Assembly (NCBI GenBank): GCA_964636285.1
Contig: CAZWQF010000002.1
Coordinates: 9,669-73,668, forward strand
Reading direction: 5' to 3'
From: an uncultured Candidatus Saccharibacteria bacterium
Lineage (GTDB): Bacteria > Patescibacteriota > WWE3 > UBA101185 > 2-01-FULL-41-18
DNA length: 64,000 nucleotides
In this document: positions 30,047-40,328 of the stretch, piece by piece
Layout: every line of letters starts with the position of its first letter
How positions within the stretch are numbered: the stretch's first letter is position 1
Notes under the pieces: generated by a model
Databases searched by the model: none
Told to the model about the DNA's origin: nothing
Seen by the model: the letters and a program-made list of their open reading frames with translations, nothing else
Program-made: the position numbers and the translations under genes

Positions 30047-32134
30047 TTAAGCCTCAACTACAACCTTTGTGGCTAGCTTGACCTTTTCCTTGTCAGCATC
30101 AACTACAACGGTCATGCCTTCTCTAAACTCGCCAGATATTATTTTATTCGAGATAAAGTTTTCAACTTCTTTCTGAATATATCTTCTTAAAGGCCTTGCG
30201 CCAAAGTTGGCATCGTAGCCTTTTTCGGCAATTAGAGACACTGCTTTATCTGTTGTCTCAAGCTTTATTCCAAGGTCGGAAAGAAGCTTTTCTGTCTTTT
30301 TAAGCTGAATGGCGGTTATAGCCTTAATCTGCTCTTTGGTAAGGGCATGGAAAAGAACTATCTCATCAAGTCTGTTCAGGAATTCGGGTTTAAATGTATC
30401 TTTGAGAGCCTTTGTAACTTTTTCTTTGAGCTCTTCTGAAGCATCTGCTACAACGGCCTCCTCCGCACCACCAAAGCCAATAGATGACTGATATATTGTA
30501 TCTGAACCCACATTTGAAGTCATGATAATAATGACGTTTTTAAAGTCAACTGTTCTTCCATGGCTATCCGTGAGCCTACCGTCTTCCATAACCTGTAATA
30601 ATGAGTTGAACACATCAGGATGAGCTTTTTCTATTTCATCAAGAAGCACAATTGAAAATGGTTTTCTTCTTACAATCTCGGTAAGTTGGCCACCATCGTC
30701 AAATCCTACATACCCTGGAGGAGCCCCAATCATCTTGCTTACTGTGTGCTTTTCCATGTACTCGCTCATATCAAGTCTCACAACCATATCTTCACTTCCA
30801 TATAGCACCTCTGCAAGAGCCCTAGAGAGCTCTGTTTTTCCTGTTCCTGTAGGCCCTAAAAATAGGAAGGATGCAATTGGTCTTTTTGGGTCTTTAAGTC
30901 CGCTTCTGGCCCTTCTAATAGCCTCGCTGACAACTTTAACAGCCTCATCTTGACCTACAATTCTTGAGTGCAGTTTTTCTTCAAGGTTTAAGAGCCTTTC
31001 CTTTTCTTCTACAGAAAGATCCTCAAGTGGAATTCCAGTCATCCTGGATATCACATTTACAATATCTGCTTTTCCAACCTCAGGAATCTCTTCCAGCTTG
31101 GTTTTCATCCAAATTTCAGTTAAATCGGTTTTAACCTTGTTAAGCTCTTCTATCTGAGCATCAAGCTTTGCTTTGTTGGCTTGAGTTCTTTCTTGAGTTC
31201 TTTGAAGTTTGAGCTTTGTGAGCTCTTCTTCTACCTGTTTTAAGTTTTGAGGCTCTTTTACTGCTGCAAGCCTTACTTGTGCAGACCCTTCGTCCACCAG
31301 GTCAATTGCCTTGTCTGGCAAAAACCTATCGCTTATGTACCTGTTTGATAAAGTTGCGGCCGACTCAAGTGCTTCATCTGAGATCTTTACCTGATGATGC
31401 TTCTCATATTGAGGCCTAATTCCTTTTAGAATCTCAACTGTTTCCTCAACTGTTGGCTGTGGAACAACAATTGGCTGGAACCTTCGTTCAAGAGCGCCAT
31501 CTTTTTCAATATGCTTTCTGTATTCATCTAGTGTTGTTGCTCCAACCATCTGAAGTTCACCTCTAGCAAGTGCCGGCTTTAACATGTTTGCTGCGTCAAT
31601 GGCTCCTTCAGCAGCTCCTGCACCTACAACTGTATGAAGCTCATCTACAAATAAAATAACGTGGCCTTGCGCCTTAACAACCTCTTCAACAATTTTTTTA
31701 ACTCTTTCTTCAAACTGACCCCTATGAGATGTACCAGCAAGAACACCTGCAATATCAAGGGAAACAACTCGCTTGCCCCTTAGTGTTTCTGGAACTTGCC
31801 CATCCACAATCCTTTGAGCAAGGCCTTCAACAATTGCTGTCTTTCCAACTCCCGGCTCACCAATTAAAACGGGGTTATTCTTTGTTCTTCTTGAAAGGAT
31901 ATGAACTACTCTTTCAATCTCTTTTTTTCTACCAATAACAGGATCAAGTTTTCCGTCTTTTGCAAGCTGAGTTAAGTCTCTTCCGAATTTATCAAGGTTA
32001 GAGGTTGCTCCAGCTTCTTTCTGAATTTCCTGAAAACAAACCTCACATAAGGAGACATATACCTGCCTACCGTCAATATTTCTTGTTGTTTGAATAACTG
32101 CGGGCCTTTGGCCGCATCTATGACAAATTACCAT
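30047..32134 (-). CDS. clpC: ClpC/ClpB-family AAA+ chaperone-ATPase (two AAA domains, N-terminal Cys4 zinc ribbon, no canonical N-domain)
   Basis: Walker A motifs GEPGVGKTA and GPTGTGKTE, the ClpB/ClpC D2 signature, and N-terminal CHRCG...CEVC. Confidence 0.8.
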   Translation of the reverse strand: MVICHRCGQRPAVIQTTRNIDGRQVYVSLCEVCFQEIQKEAGATSNLDKFGRDLTQLAKDGKLDPVIGRKKEIERVVHILSRRTKNNPVLIGEPGVGKTAIVEGLAQRIVDGQVPETLRGKRVVSLDIAGVLAGTSHRGQFEERVKKIVEEVVKAQGHVILFVDELHTVVGAGAAEGAIDAANMLKPALARGELQMVGATTLDEYRKHIEKDGALERRFQPIVVPQPTVEETVEILKGIRPQYEKHHQVKISDEALESAATLSNRYISDRFLPDKAIDLVDEGSAQVRLAAVKEPQNLKQVEEELTKLKLQRTQERTQANKAKLDAQIEELNKVKTDLTEIWMKTKLEEIPEVGKADIVNVISRMTGIPLEDLSVEEKERLLNLEEKLHSRIVGQDEAVKVVSEAIRRARSGLKDPKRPIASFLFLGPTGTGKTELSRALAEVLYGSEDMVVRLDMSEYMEKHTVSKMIGAPPGYVGFDDGGQLTEIVRRKPFSIVLLDEIEKAHPDVFNSLLQVMEDGRLTDSHGRTVDFKNVIIIMTSNVGSDTIYQSSIGFGGAEEAVVADASEELKEKVTKALKDTFKPEFLNRLDEIVLFHALTKEQIKAITAIQLKKTEKLLSDLGIKLETTDKAVSLIAEKGYDANFGARPLRRYIQKEVENFISNKIISGEFREGMTVVVDADKEKVKLATKVVVEA

Positions 32135-32534
32135 AGCCTCATTTTACTATATTTAGTTGGCAATATGAAGTCCAAAGTGCGATAAATTAAAAAAGCTGTG
32201 GCCTACCCTTGTCAATAAAAACACGGGCAAGGATAGGCCAAAGTGTTGGTGAAAACTAGTACCCAGGAATGTTCTCAATTGTCAGGGGTTTAAGGACAAT
32301 GTCGAACTTAATGTCATCATCGCCGTCCCAATTATCCCTTTGATAGACTTGCACAACTCTGAAGCGAGAGGCTCCTATGAGGTAAACACTTCCCTCGGAT
32401 GGCAGACCCGACTCGTTCATTGTTATAGGGTCTCCATAAGCCTTAAAGTGAATGAAACGTTGTACTAGCATGTGTATATCCTTTCTTGTCTAAAACGGAT
32501 TTATTGCGAATTTACCACTTTATGGCTAATAGGT

Positions 32535-34349
32535 CTAATGCTCCCACTGGTGACTTACAACAGCCTCAGCCTTAGCGGGACAGTTTTTCATAAACAAAGA
32601 AGCGGCTCTTTCCATCTGTTCTTGCTGTACCTTTGCCCACTCTTCAGCTTGATCAGCTCTTACCTCGGAAACAATTTCATCATGTACGGTATGCGTAATA
32701 GCCCCATCAATTTTAAGCTCCCTGAACTTTTCGTTTAAAAATATAAGTGCATATTTAGTGGCGTCTGCATTAGCGCCCTGAATAGGGTGGTTTTTCCCCT
32801 GCCTTTCAATCCCAGCAATCATTTTGTCAAAGTTTGGATCCGACTTATCAGGCATTGGATAGTATCTTTTTCTGCCAATCGGAGTCTCACTGTACCCTCT
32901 TTGAACGGCCAATTTTGCAGCTCTATCAAGCCAACCCTTAACTTTTTTGAAAGTCCTAAAGTATTTTTCCATGTATTCTTTTGCGGTTGTAACATCCACT
33001 CCAATTTGAGCCGCCAGTCTTCCAGGACCCATACCATAAACCAATCCAAAGTTAATAGTCTTTGCAGCCTGTCTTAAATCAGGAAACTCTTTTTTAAACG
33101 AAGGGGTATACGTCTTATTAAACATCAAAGCAGCGGTAGCCGAATGCACATCCCACCCTTCTGCAAAGGCTTTAGCAAGGTACTCATCTCCAGAAAAATC
33201 AGCAACAATCCTCATTTCCATGCTTGAGTAGTCTGCAACAACATACATATATCCTTCCTGCGGAATAAAACATGATCTGAAAGGAGCAACCTCTGACTCT
33301 CTTGGAATCTGCTGAAGGTTTGGATTTGAGCATGAAAACCTTCCTGTATCAGCACCAATTTGTTGAAAATCAGGATGAATCCTCCCTGTTTTTTTATTGA
33401 TTTTTTCAAGAATTGACTCTCCAAATGCTGAAATAAGCTTTTCGTAGCCTCTGTATTCTCTTAAAAGTGCTGCTACTGGGTGATTTACAGTTTCAAGAAC
33501 TGCGTCCCCTGTGGATGGAATATCTATTCGTAATTTATTGTTAAATAAATCTAAAAGCTGAGGTTGACTGTTAAGGTTTATTACATCAGCAGAACCTCCA
33601 AAAAGGGCCATCTGTTGAATTTTATACATAGGCCTGATAGTTTCCTGGATTTTTGACGCAAGTTCATCTCGCTTTACTCCAAGGCCTTTAATGACCGTTC
33701 CCCACCTCTTAGCATCAATCGAAATTCCCTTTAGTTCCATTTCGGCCACAGATCTCACAACAGAAAACTCAAGCTTTGCAACTTTAATCAAATCTTGATC
33801 CTGAAGCTTTATAGATTGACGATCAAATATTGGGAAAAGCACCAGTACATCTACTGCCCCGTATTTGATCTGCTGTTCGTTTACAACAGTAATCAACCCT
33901 TCAAATGTTTTTCTAACATCCTTGTCAAGAGTTAGGCCTAGATATTTGCCTACAATAGCCTGTAGTGAGTTCATTCTTTCAATACCACAAGTGATCAACC
34001 TTTCAGCAAGCATTGTGTCAAAAATGTTGTTTAAGCTTATGTTGTAATGTGCTTTAAGCTGTTGGTAATCAAATTTTGAGTTTTGAAGAAGTTTAATTTT
34101 TGAAGGATCCTCAAGGAGTGGCTTTAGCTTAACCATATCCAAAGAAGTGCAGTCAAAAACGTAGGCAAAATCTCTTTTGGCCACCTGAACTAAAATCATT
34201 TTTGCAGTGTATGGATCAAGATCCGTACACTCAACGTCAACCGCAATAATTTTTTCACCCATCAAATCTGAAATGGCTTTTTCCATTTCTGTAGGAGTGG
34301 TTATAAACTTAACGGGCGGGTTTTTTGGGTCAAAAGTTAATTGTTCCAT
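32535..34349 (-). CDS. polA: DNA polymerase I lacking the 5'-3' exonuclease domain (3'-5' exo + family-A polymerase, Klenow-like)
   Basis: Exo motif (IIAVDVECTDLD) and polymerase motifs A, B and C (RQAAKTINFGLVYGMGP, VHDEIV). Confidence 0.8.
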   Translation of the reverse strand: MEQLTFDPKNPPVKFITTPTEMEKAISDLMGEKIIAVDVECTDLDPYTAKMILVQVAKRDFAYVFDCTSLDMVKLKPLLEDPSKIKLLQNSKFDYQQLKAHYNISLNNIFDTMLAERLITCGIERMNSLQAIVGKYLGLTLDKDVRKTFEGLITVVNEQQIKYGAVDVLVLFPIFDRQSIKLQDQDLIKVAKLEFSVVRSVAEMELKGISIDAKRWGTVIKGLGVKRDELASKIQETIRPMYKIQQMALFGGSADVINLNSQPQLLDLFNNKLRIDIPSTGDAVLETVNHPVAALLREYRGYEKLISAFGESILEKINKKTGRIHPDFQQIGADTGRFSCSNPNLQQIPRESEVAPFRSCFIPQEGYMYVVADYSSMEMRIVADFSGDEYLAKAFAEGWDVHSATAALMFNKTYTPSFKKEFPDLRQAAKTINFGLVYGMGPGRLAAQIGVDVTTAKEYMEKYFRTFKKVKGWLDRAAKLAVQRGYSETPIGRKRYYPMPDKSDPNFDKMIAGIERQGKNHPIQGANADATKYALIFLNEKFRELKIDGAITHTVHDEIVSEVRADQAEEWAKVQQEQMERAASLFMKNCPAKAEAVVSHQWEH

Positions 34350-35656
34350 TAAGATTTAAGTTCTTTCTCAAATAGGTCTTTAAGCTTTACAGCGTCACCC
34401 TGGCCTTTTGAAGCCTTCATTCCTTGACCTACTAAAAAGGCAATTGCAGAAGTTTTACCTGATCTGTAATCCTCAACTGCTTTTGGATTTTGAGAAAGTA
34501 CATCTTTTACAATGGGCAAAAGAGCACCATCCCCAAGCACTACTCTGCTTTTTTCTGCTTCAACAGCCTTAATAATTTCTGAGGGCTCCATTTCCCTATA
34601 CTGTGGTTTGTTAACAATAAGGTTTGCTACTGTCTTAGGATCCGCTTTCTTTGCAGATAGTTCAAATTTTTCTGCAAGCTCAGGAGTATCACATAAAACA
34701 TTAACAACTTCCTTATTAAGTCCAAACTCTGTATAAAATCTTTCTCTTTTTTGGTATGGAAGTTCACAAAGAGATTTTTTAAGGTTCTCAATGTATGCCT
34801 CAGAAAACTCCATTGGAGGTATGTCGGGTTCTGGAAAATATCTATAATCATGCGCTTCTTCTTTATCTCTCTGAGAAACTGTTATCTGTTTAACATCATC
34901 CCAACCTCTATTTTCTTGAGTTGGCGTCTCACCCTTATTTAAAATCTCAGACTGCCTTTTGATTTCGTAATTAACTGCTTTTTCCAAAAACCTAAACGAA
35001 TTGATGTTTTTAACTTCAACCTTATATTTAGGAAGTTTTGTCTCTCCTGTTTTTCTTAATGAGATATTTGCTTCAAGCCTTAGCTGACCTTTTTCCATGT
35101 CTGCTTCGGAGATTTTTAAGTATCGTGCAATTCTCTGGATTTCTTTTCCAAATTCAACTGCTTCTTCGGGCTTTCTAAAATCAGGCTCAGTCACAATTTC
35201 AACAAGAGGCATGCCAGCTTTGTTAAAATCAAGAAGCGTTTTTCCATGTTCGTGAAGAGATTTTCCTGTGTCCTCTTCAAGGTGAACTCTTGTTATTTGA
35301 AAAGTCTTCTCACCAATTTTAAGTGACCCCTCATAGCAGAAAGGCTGGTCATACTGGCTTATCTGATAACCTTTTGTTAAGTCTGGATAAAAATAATTTT
35401 TTCTATCAAACTTTGAGACTTTTGCTAGTTTTGAGCCTAGTGCTAACCCAAGAAGCTGTGCGTACTCAATTGCCTTCTTGTTGGGAACTGGGAGAGCTCC
35501 TGGAAGGCCAAGACAGGACGGACAAACATGCGAATTTGGCCTTGCTCCGTACATATCAGCAGAGCATCTACAAAAAACTTTTGTGTTTAGTTTTAAGTGC
35601 ATGTGAATTTCCATTCCTAGCACTAGTTCGTATGTATTTTCTAAGCTTTCTTTCAT
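34349..35656 (-). CDS. gatB: Asp/Glu-tRNA(Asn/Gln) amidotransferase subunit B
   Basis: GatB N-terminus (YELVLGMEIHMHL...KVFCRC) and overall length. Confidence 0.85.
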   Translation of the reverse strand: MKESLENTYELVLGMEIHMHLKLNTKVFCRCSADMYGARPNSHVCPSCLGLPGALPVPNKKAIEYAQLLGLALGSKLAKVSKFDRKNYFYPDLTKGYQISQYDQPFCYEGSLKIGEKTFQITRVHLEEDTGKSLHEHGKTLLDFNKAGMPLVEIVTEPDFRKPEEAVEFGKEIQRIARYLKISEADMEKGQLRLEANISLRKTGETKLPKYKVEVKNINSFRFLEKAVNYEIKRQSEILNKGETPTQENRGWDDVKQITVSQRDKEEAHDYRYFPEPDIPPMEFSEAYIENLKKSLCELPYQKRERFYTEFGLNKEVVNVLCDTPELAEKFELSAKKADPKTVANLIVNKPQYREMEPSEIIKAVEAEKSRVVLGDGALLPIVKDVLSQNPKAVEDYRSGKTSAIAFLVGQGMKASKGQGDAVKLKDLFEKELKS

Positions 35657-36087
35657 ACATTTACCCCAAGCAAACCTAACGCTTTCTTTAAATCTTCAAT
35701 TGCCTGTAAAACCGAATAGTAAGGAGGTTCAAATCCTGCTTCGTGTACAACTGAATTTCTAAGCTTGTGTGCTTCCCAAATCGCGTTGTAAACAGGTCTA
35801 TCGAATTTGTCCTTTGCTTCCTTTAACCTCTCCCCCATCGTTTCTCCTGGAAAAATATCTCTTAACGCAGTATCAAGTGACCTATCCGCAAATATTAATG
35901 CCTGCCTTAAATTGCTAGGACCTCCAAGTTTGATAAGATCTTTGATCTTAAGCCAGTCTTTTTTGATTTTATCCTCAGACTCGCTTCCAACTGTTGTTCG
36001 TCCAAAAATTGCCCCTTTTCCAAAGAAAATATCAAGAATTCCCATTTTCCAAAGCCTTCTCAAGCTGATGTGCAAGAGACAGAACAT
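35653..36087 (-). CDS. HEPN-like protein (Rx4H motif) inserted between gatA and gatB
   Basis: A C-terminal AHKLRNSVVHE matches the HEPN R-x4-6-H motif. The start is likely at MGILDIFF (about 36045). Overlaps gatA at the 3' end and gatB by 4 nt. Confidence 0.4.
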   Translation of the reverse strand: MFCLLHISLRRLWKMGILDIFFGKGAIFGRTTVGSESEDKIKKDWLKIKDLIKLGGPSNLRQALIFADRSLDTALRDIFPGETMGERLKEAKDKFDRPVYNAIWEAHKLRNSVVHEAGFEPPYYSVLQAIEDLKKALGLLGVNV

Positions 36088-37444
36088 TCCCTTCTTTAAA
36101 CTTATCTGCCATTATTCCAAACCCAATCGGCATATTATGTGAGTCGTACCCACAATTAATTGAAATACCTGTTATTCCGGCAATCGAACTTGGCTCAACC
36201 AGCACATCCTGAAGTTCACCAAACATTGCATTGTCTTTGGATGCGCCTATTGTTAGTGCTGTACACGGGGAAATTGGCCCCACAATAACATCCACTTTGG
36301 AAAAAGCCTTTTTAAAATCGTCAACAATTAGTGTTCTTACTTTCTGAGCTGTTCCATAATATTTGTCATAATAACCTGCAGATAATGTATATGTGCCCAT
36401 CATTATTCTTTTTCGTGCCTCAAAACCAAAGTGTTCCCTGTCAAAGCCATACCTGATACCATCAAACCTAGCAAGATTCGAAGAAACTTCTGACCTCTGA
36501 AGAATTGTGTAAACGGCAATGGAGTATTTTGGATCCATCAGATCAACTTCTTTTACCGTGTAACCTAGCTTTTTTATTAGCTCAATGGTTTCAAGAGTTT
36601 TTGACTTGACCTCTGGCTCCATACCCTCCACAAAATACGAAGGAGCAATTCCTACAACAAGATCTTTCTTATGATTTGTAAGAGTTACGTAGTCTTCAAG
36701 AGGCAAATCCGATGAAGTAGCGTCATGATCATCTTTGCCTGCAATTACAGTTAAAATTAGAGCCGCATCTTTTACGGTTTTAGTCATTGGACCGGGCGAA
36801 TCGGTTGATGAGGCCATGGCTATAGCTCCATATCTGCTCACTCTTCCATATGTTGGCTTAAGTCCTGTAATTCCGCACCAACTTGCTGGTTGCCTAATAG
36901 AACCCGCTGTCTCAGAACCTATTGCAAAAATGCACATATCAAGAGCTACAGCTGCAGCCGATCCTCCAGATGAGCCTCCGGGAAGTTTTGATTTATCATG
37001 TGGGTTTTTTGTAACAAAAAAGTCTGAGGATTCAGTTGAGGATCCGTGTGCAAAAGCATCCATGTTAGTTTTGCCAAGCAATACAGCTCCCGCGTCTTTA
37101 AGCCTCTGAGAGACAGTGGATTCATATGGCGGTATAAAATTTTTTATCACATTGGAAGACGCAGTTGTCAAAATACCCTTAGAGCAAAAGTTATCCTTTA
37201 ATGCATAAGGAACTCCAAGAAGTGGCTTCTCATTAAATATCTTCTCTCCATGCTTCTCAATTTCAGCATCTGCTTTTTTTGCCTCTTCAAGCGCATGTTC
37301 CCTTGTAACAGTAATGAAAGCATTTATCTCCGAATCAAGTTCGTCAATCTGATTTAAACACGCTGTAGTGACCTCCAAGGAAGTAAAATTTTTTGCTTTC
37401 AGACCGTGTATTACTTCAAATAGGTTTAATTTATTGAGTTTCAT
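36032..37444 (-). CDS. gatA: Glutamyl-tRNA(Gln) amidotransferase subunit A (amidase signature family)
   Basis: Amidase signature GGSSGGSAAAVA and the Ser-cisSer-Lys triad context. Confidence 0.85.
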   Translation of the reverse strand: MKLNKLNLFEVIHGLKAKNFTSLEVTTACLNQIDELDSEINAFITVTREHALEEAKKADAEIEKHGEKIFNEKPLLGVPYALKDNFCSKGILTTASSNVIKNFIPPYESTVSQRLKDAGAVLLGKTNMDAFAHGSSTESSDFFVTKNPHDKSKLPGGSSGGSAAAVALDMCIFAIGSETAGSIRQPASWCGITGLKPTYGRVSRYGAIAMASSTDSPGPMTKTVKDAALILTVIAGKDDHDATSSDLPLEDYVTLTNHKKDLVVGIAPSYFVEGMEPEVKSKTLETIELIKKLGYTVKEVDLMDPKYSIAVYTILQRSEVSSNLARFDGIRYGFDREHFGFEARKRIMMGTYTLSAGYYDKYYGTAQKVRTLIVDDFKKAFSKVDVIVGPISPCTALTIGASKDNAMFGELQDVLVEPSSIAGITGISINCGYDSHNMPIGFGIMADKFKEGNVLSLAHQLEKALENGNS

Positions 37445-37740
37445 GCCGACGAGCCTTTCTTAAGAACTGCGTCCGTAGCAAAGTAATCACCATCTCTTAT
37501 TCGAGCATTCTGCAAAACTTCTTCAACAGATAAACTTGGCCTTATTACATCCTCATCAAGTACATTTGTTACACCTGTGACCTGTGATGTTGGCTCTACA
37601 TTTTTTGTATCTAGCTCCTCCAGAACCTTTATGTACTCCAAAGCCTCAGATAAAAGACTCTGAAACTTTGTCTCCTCATCTCCGGAAAGCTTAAACTTAG
37701 CCAATTTAGCAACTTTTTTTACATCATCAATAGATAACAT
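37441..37740 (-). CDS. gatC: Asp/Glu-tRNA amidotransferase subunit C
   Basis: 99 aa, GatC-like, immediately upstream of and overlapping gatA. Confidence 0.7.
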   Translation of the reverse strand: MLSIDDVKKVAKLAKFKLSGDEETKFQSLLSEALEYIKVLEELDTKNVEPTSQVTGVTNVLDEDVIRPSLSVEEVLQNARIRDGDYFATDAVLKKGSSA

Positions 37741-37766
37741 ATGTTTCCTAAAGCTTTAATGGGGCG

Positions 37767-38330
37767 TTAAAACTTGACTTGAACGTCTTGTCTCTCTTCT
37801 TCGGTTGCTTTAAAGAACTCAAATGGAACAAACCTCAAGAACTGTGCAACAAGAACATTCGGGAAAACTGCAATCGAGTTATTAAACTCAAGAACATTTG
37901 CATTATAGAACTGCCTTGAATACGCTACTTTGCTTTCAGTATCACCAAGCTCAGTCTGAAGCTGTAGAAAGTTAGTATTTGCTTTAAGCTCTGGATAAGC
38001 TTCAGCAACAGCAAACAAACTTTTTAGTGCGCCAGCCATCATACCTTCTGCCTGTGCAGCCATTCCTGGAGTAGTTGCAGACATCATTGCAGCTCTTGCA
38101 TTTGTTACTGCCTCAAATGTACCCTTTTCATGCGAAGCATAACCTTTTACAGTCTCAACAAGATTTGGAATCAAAGCAATTCTTCTTTTAAGTTGAACAT
38201 CTATGCCACTCCATGCCTCATTCACCTTATTTTTAAGAACGATGAGCGAGTTATAAGTTGAAATTAAGTAAACTATTAAAAGACCGATAGCTCCTAAAAT
38301 TGCTAAGAAAATAAACATAATTCCTTTCAT
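37767..38330 (-). CDS. LemA-family membrane protein
   Basis: N-terminal TM followed by a LemA motif (YNSLIVLKNKVNEAWSGIDVQLKRR). Confidence 0.75.
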   Translation of the reverse strand: MKGIMFIFLAILGAIGLLIVYLISTYNSLIVLKNKVNEAWSGIDVQLKRRIALIPNLVETVKGYASHEKGTFEAVTNARAAMMSATTPGMAAQAEGMMAGALKSLFAVAEAYPELKANTNFLQLQTELGDTESKVAYSRQFYNANVLEFNNSIAVFPNVLVAQFLRFVPFEFFKATEEERQDVQVKF

Positions 38331-38344
38331 TACAGCTTCACAGA

Positions 38345-40102
38345 TTAGTGAAGCAAAAATTCCTTTAAAAAGTCTTTTAGAGGTAGAGTATTAACCACAT
38401 TTTTTGGCTCAGCCCAACCTCTTCTGGCAATATCAATACCATACCTCATCAGGCTAAAATCTTCAATACTGTGTGCATCAGTATTTATAATTAGCCTCAC
38501 CCCCTTTTTAATAGCCTCTCTAACCAAAACATCAGGCAAATCAAGCCTTTCTGGATGCGAATTTATCTCAATAATTTTATTTTTCTCAAGGCAGGCTTTA
38601 AATACTTCTTCCCAATCAACTTCATACGCGTCCCTTTGGTTTAAGAGTCTTCCTGAAGGATGTGCAATAAAATTAATGTATGGGTTGTTAATTGCATTCA
38701 CAAGTCTTCTAGTAATAGTTTTTTTATCCTGATCAAAACTTGTGTGAATAGAACCGATAGCATAATCTAGATGCTTTAAAACTTCATCAGGCAATGATAT
38801 TGTTTCATCAGCAAGAATGTTAACTTCGTATCCATACAGTACTCTGATTGAGTCATCTGAACTATTCTGTTGTTCAATTATCTTTTTTGTGTCTTTAACT
38901 ATTCGTAAAACCTCATCAAGCCCTCTTGTTTTAACACTAGGTGCATGATCAGAAATGCCTAGGTAAGAATATCCTAGAGTCTTAGCTTCTTTAATCATTT
39001 GTTCCAAAGTATTCTGTCCATCAGAGAAATCGGTATGAGAATGAAGATCGCCCTTAATGTCCGACTGCAAGATAAAATTGGGGTAAGTCTTTTTTCCTTT
39101 CTCAAAGAGTTCTAGCTCTCCAGTGTCTTCTCTTATTTCTGGGGGTATAAATTTAAGACCAATATGATTGTAAAAAGATTCTTCATCAGGAAATTCAAGT
39201 AGCTTTCCATTTTCTTTAATTCCATGTTCTGAAAGTGACATGCCTTTTGATAAGGCAACTTTTCTTAGCGCCACGTTATGCATTTTTGAACCAGTAAAGT
39301 GCTGCAGAAGCGAACCGAATGCCTTTTCTTCTTCGGTCATCAAATCCACTCGCACACCATTAACAAGAAGAACACTAGCCTTTATATCTCCTTGATTCAA
39401 AACCTCAGCTACTTCAGAAAAAGAAGTAAAGTGGTTTAAGACAACTTCCGCATTACTTGTAACAACAGCAAAATCTATATCTCCTATTGTTGAAAGTCTT
39501 CTTCTAAGCGAGCCAAGGGGCTCAATTCTTTTGACCTCTTTGCACTTGAGCATATGCTTTGTATACCTCTGAGCTATCTCTGTTGCATCTGATAATAAAA
39601 TTCTGGGCCTTGTTTCTTTATTGGGTTTTAATTTATCAATTGCCTCAAGAAGTTCGCTCTCTTTCTTCTCTCCAAATCCCTCCAAAGCCCTAATTTTGCC
39701 CTCCTCTGCTGCTTTTTTTACAATTGCGAGCGGATTATCATTCTCTTTAATTTTTAGATCCTGAGCCAATTTAAAGGCTGTCTTTGCCCCTATCCCTTGA
39801 ATTCCAAAAAGCCCAAACATTCCTGGAGGCATTTGGGATAAAACTTTTTCAAAGTAAGTCACTTTTCCCGTCTTAAAATACTCATCAAGATGGCCTGCAA
39901 TACTGGCCCCAACTCCAGGAATTTCTTTAAGTTTGCCTTCGTCCCACATATCTTTTATTTCAGATGTTGCGTGTTCTATTGAGGATGCGGCGTTTTGATA
40001 AGCTCTAATTCTAAATTTGTCCTCGCCAAGGACTTCGTAAGAGGCTGCAACCCATTTTAGAAGATTTGAGATATAATGGTTTGAGTATTTTGTGTCTGAC
40101 AC
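38345..40102 (-). CDS. polX: Family X DNA polymerase with C-terminal PHP phosphoesterase domain (PolX)
   Basis: HhH motifs, a Pol-beta NTase motif (GSLRRRLSTIGDIDFAV) and PHP motifs (HSHTDFSDG...GISDHAP). Confidence 0.8.
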   Translation of the reverse strand: MSDTKYSNHYISNLLKWVAASYEVLGEDKFRIRAYQNAASSIEHATSEIKDMWDEGKLKEIPGVGASIAGHLDEYFKTGKVTYFEKVLSQMPPGMFGLFGIQGIGAKTAFKLAQDLKIKENDNPLAIVKKAAEEGKIRALEGFGEKKESELLEAIDKLKPNKETRPRILLSDATEIAQRYTKHMLKCKEVKRIEPLGSLRRRLSTIGDIDFAVVTSNAEVVLNHFTSFSEVAEVLNQGDIKASVLLVNGVRVDLMTEEEKAFGSLLQHFTGSKMHNVALRKVALSKGMSLSEHGIKENGKLLEFPDEESFYNHIGLKFIPPEIREDTGELELFEKGKKTYPNFILQSDIKGDLHSHTDFSDGQNTLEQMIKEAKTLGYSYLGISDHAPSVKTRGLDEVLRIVKDTKKIIEQQNSSDDSIRVLYGYEVNILADETISLPDEVLKHLDYAIGSIHTSFDQDKKTITRRLVNAINNPYINFIAHPSGRLLNQRDAYEVDWEEVFKACLEKNKIIEINSHPERLDLPDVLVREAIKKGVRLIINTDAHSIEDFSLMRYGIDIARRGWAEPKNVVNTLPLKDFLKEFLLH

Positions 40103-40159
40103 ACTCAGAATATAGCATCATTGACTTGTTAAAATCCATCTGTTATTAAAGATGTGCCG

Positions 40160-40236
40160 GGTCCCGTGGTGTAGAGGCCAAACACGCTTCCCTGTCACGG
40201 AAGAGAACGAGGGTTCGAATCCCTTCGGGACCGCCA
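40160..40236 (+). tRNA. tRNA-Asp (anticodon GUC), CCA encoded
   Basis: Acceptor GGTCCCG/CGGGACC, anticodon stem CTTCC/GGAAG with loop CTGTCAC, T-loop GGTTCGAAT, discriminator G + CCA. Confidence 0.85.
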
Positions 40237-40328
40237 TTAAAAGGCTTTTTGACCATGGCAGGCATTAAGCAAGGAGAGAGAAGGACCACCCATAAAGAAA
40301 TTAGGAGCAGAACCAAAAGTTTATTTAT

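Noticed and set aside
36735-37109. ORF 36735-37109 (+) antisense within gatA
   Set aside because: Embedded in the strongly supported gatA (amidase signature) on the other strand. Shadow ORF.
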